A stretch of DNA of 24,000 bases, from the NCBI GenBank assembly GCA_002011035.2, contig MTLY02000003.1, positions 93,194-117,193 of the forward strand, in the 5' to 3' direction. The notes beneath the pieces were generated by a model. It did not search any database and was not told where the DNA came from. It saw only the letters and a program-made list of their open reading frames with translations. A program made the position numbers and the translations under genes. Below are positions 23,863 to 24,000 of the stretch, one piece after another. Numbering within the stretch: position 1 is the first letter of the stretch; each line of letters begins with the position of its first letter. This DNA is from Candidatus Hecatella orcuttiae (GTDB lineage Archaea > Thermoproteota > Bathyarchaeia > Hecatellales > Hecatellaceae).

Positions 23863-24000
23863 TGCGCCTCTTCAAGAAGGAGCATGACACCGTTCAAGTT
23901 CTGTGCTTCCCAGAGGAGACGGTGGAGAAAGGCGACTACCTAGTGGTGGAGGACCTAAAAGCCAAACGCAGCCTCCTCGTCCAAGTGGTGGACATCCAGT
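23862..24000 (+). CDS. herA: HerA-like (FtsK/HerA superfamily) ATPase, N-terminal HAS-barrel fragment; partial, continues beyond the window
   Basis: This gene is not in the ORF track. The ATG at 23862 overlaps the nurA stop (TAATG). Translation gives MRLFKKEHDTVQVLCFPEETVEKGDYLVVEDLKAKRSLLVQVVDIQ..., open to the window end. The G-D/E-Y-hydrophobic-V-E ... LLG/V-x-V-x-x-I pattern resembles the HerA N-terminal barrel, and the NurA-HerA pairing supports the call. Only 46 residues are visible. Confidence 0.5.
   Translation, partial: MRLFKKEHDTVQVLCFPEETVEKGDYLVVEDLKAKRSLLVQVVDIQ

Noticed and set aside
21174-24000. Possibility that the NurA-HerA locus is part of an integrated mobile element or genomic island
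   Set aside because: No integrase, transposase, tRNA gene or flanking direct repeats are visible in the window, and there is no obvious compositional break apart from the promoter spacer. The region downstream of 24000 is unseen, so this is unsupported rather than disproved.
1-24000. CRISPR arrays, rRNA or tRNA genes
   Set aside because: All intergenic gaps are 183 bp or shorter. I inspected them by eye and found no cloverleaf-like segments, no regularly spaced repeats and no rRNA-like sequence.

Overview
This is a gene-dense (roughly 90% coding), GC-rich archaeal chromosomal segment. Archaeal origin is supported by RadA, GatD/GatE, Elp3, tandem PAC2 proteasome chaperones, an NFACT/Rqc2 homologue, a two-subunit class I fumarase, and AT-rich BRE/TATA-like boxes in the short intergenic gaps. 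I support 27 CDS. Two are partial genes at the window edges that the ORF track omits; I found them by manual translation. I saw no rRNA, tRNA, CRISPR array, transposase or integrase. Most of the window is housekeeping: fumarase, radA, NFACT, glyA, elp3-gatD-gatE and PAC2. It also holds transport and stress genes: an ABC-2 exporter, ACR3 arsenite carrier, BASS-type carrier, Lrp-TRASH regulator, ACT-V4R protein and a ferritin-like protein. The best candidate for an undescribed system is at 21.2-24.0 kb. It is a tightly packed plus-strand operon of two paralogous small winged-helix proteins, a NurA-like nuclease and a HerA-like ATPase (TAATG overlap), with no Mre11/Rad50 inside the window. It is transcribed divergently from a small protein carrying a PD-(D/E)xK-like motif, across an AT-rich spacer that holds a tandem TACGTA palindromic operator candidate. 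A third, more distant member of the same small winged-helix architecture sits upstream of the ABC-2 exporter. All functional calls come from motif recognition by eye; no database search was run.
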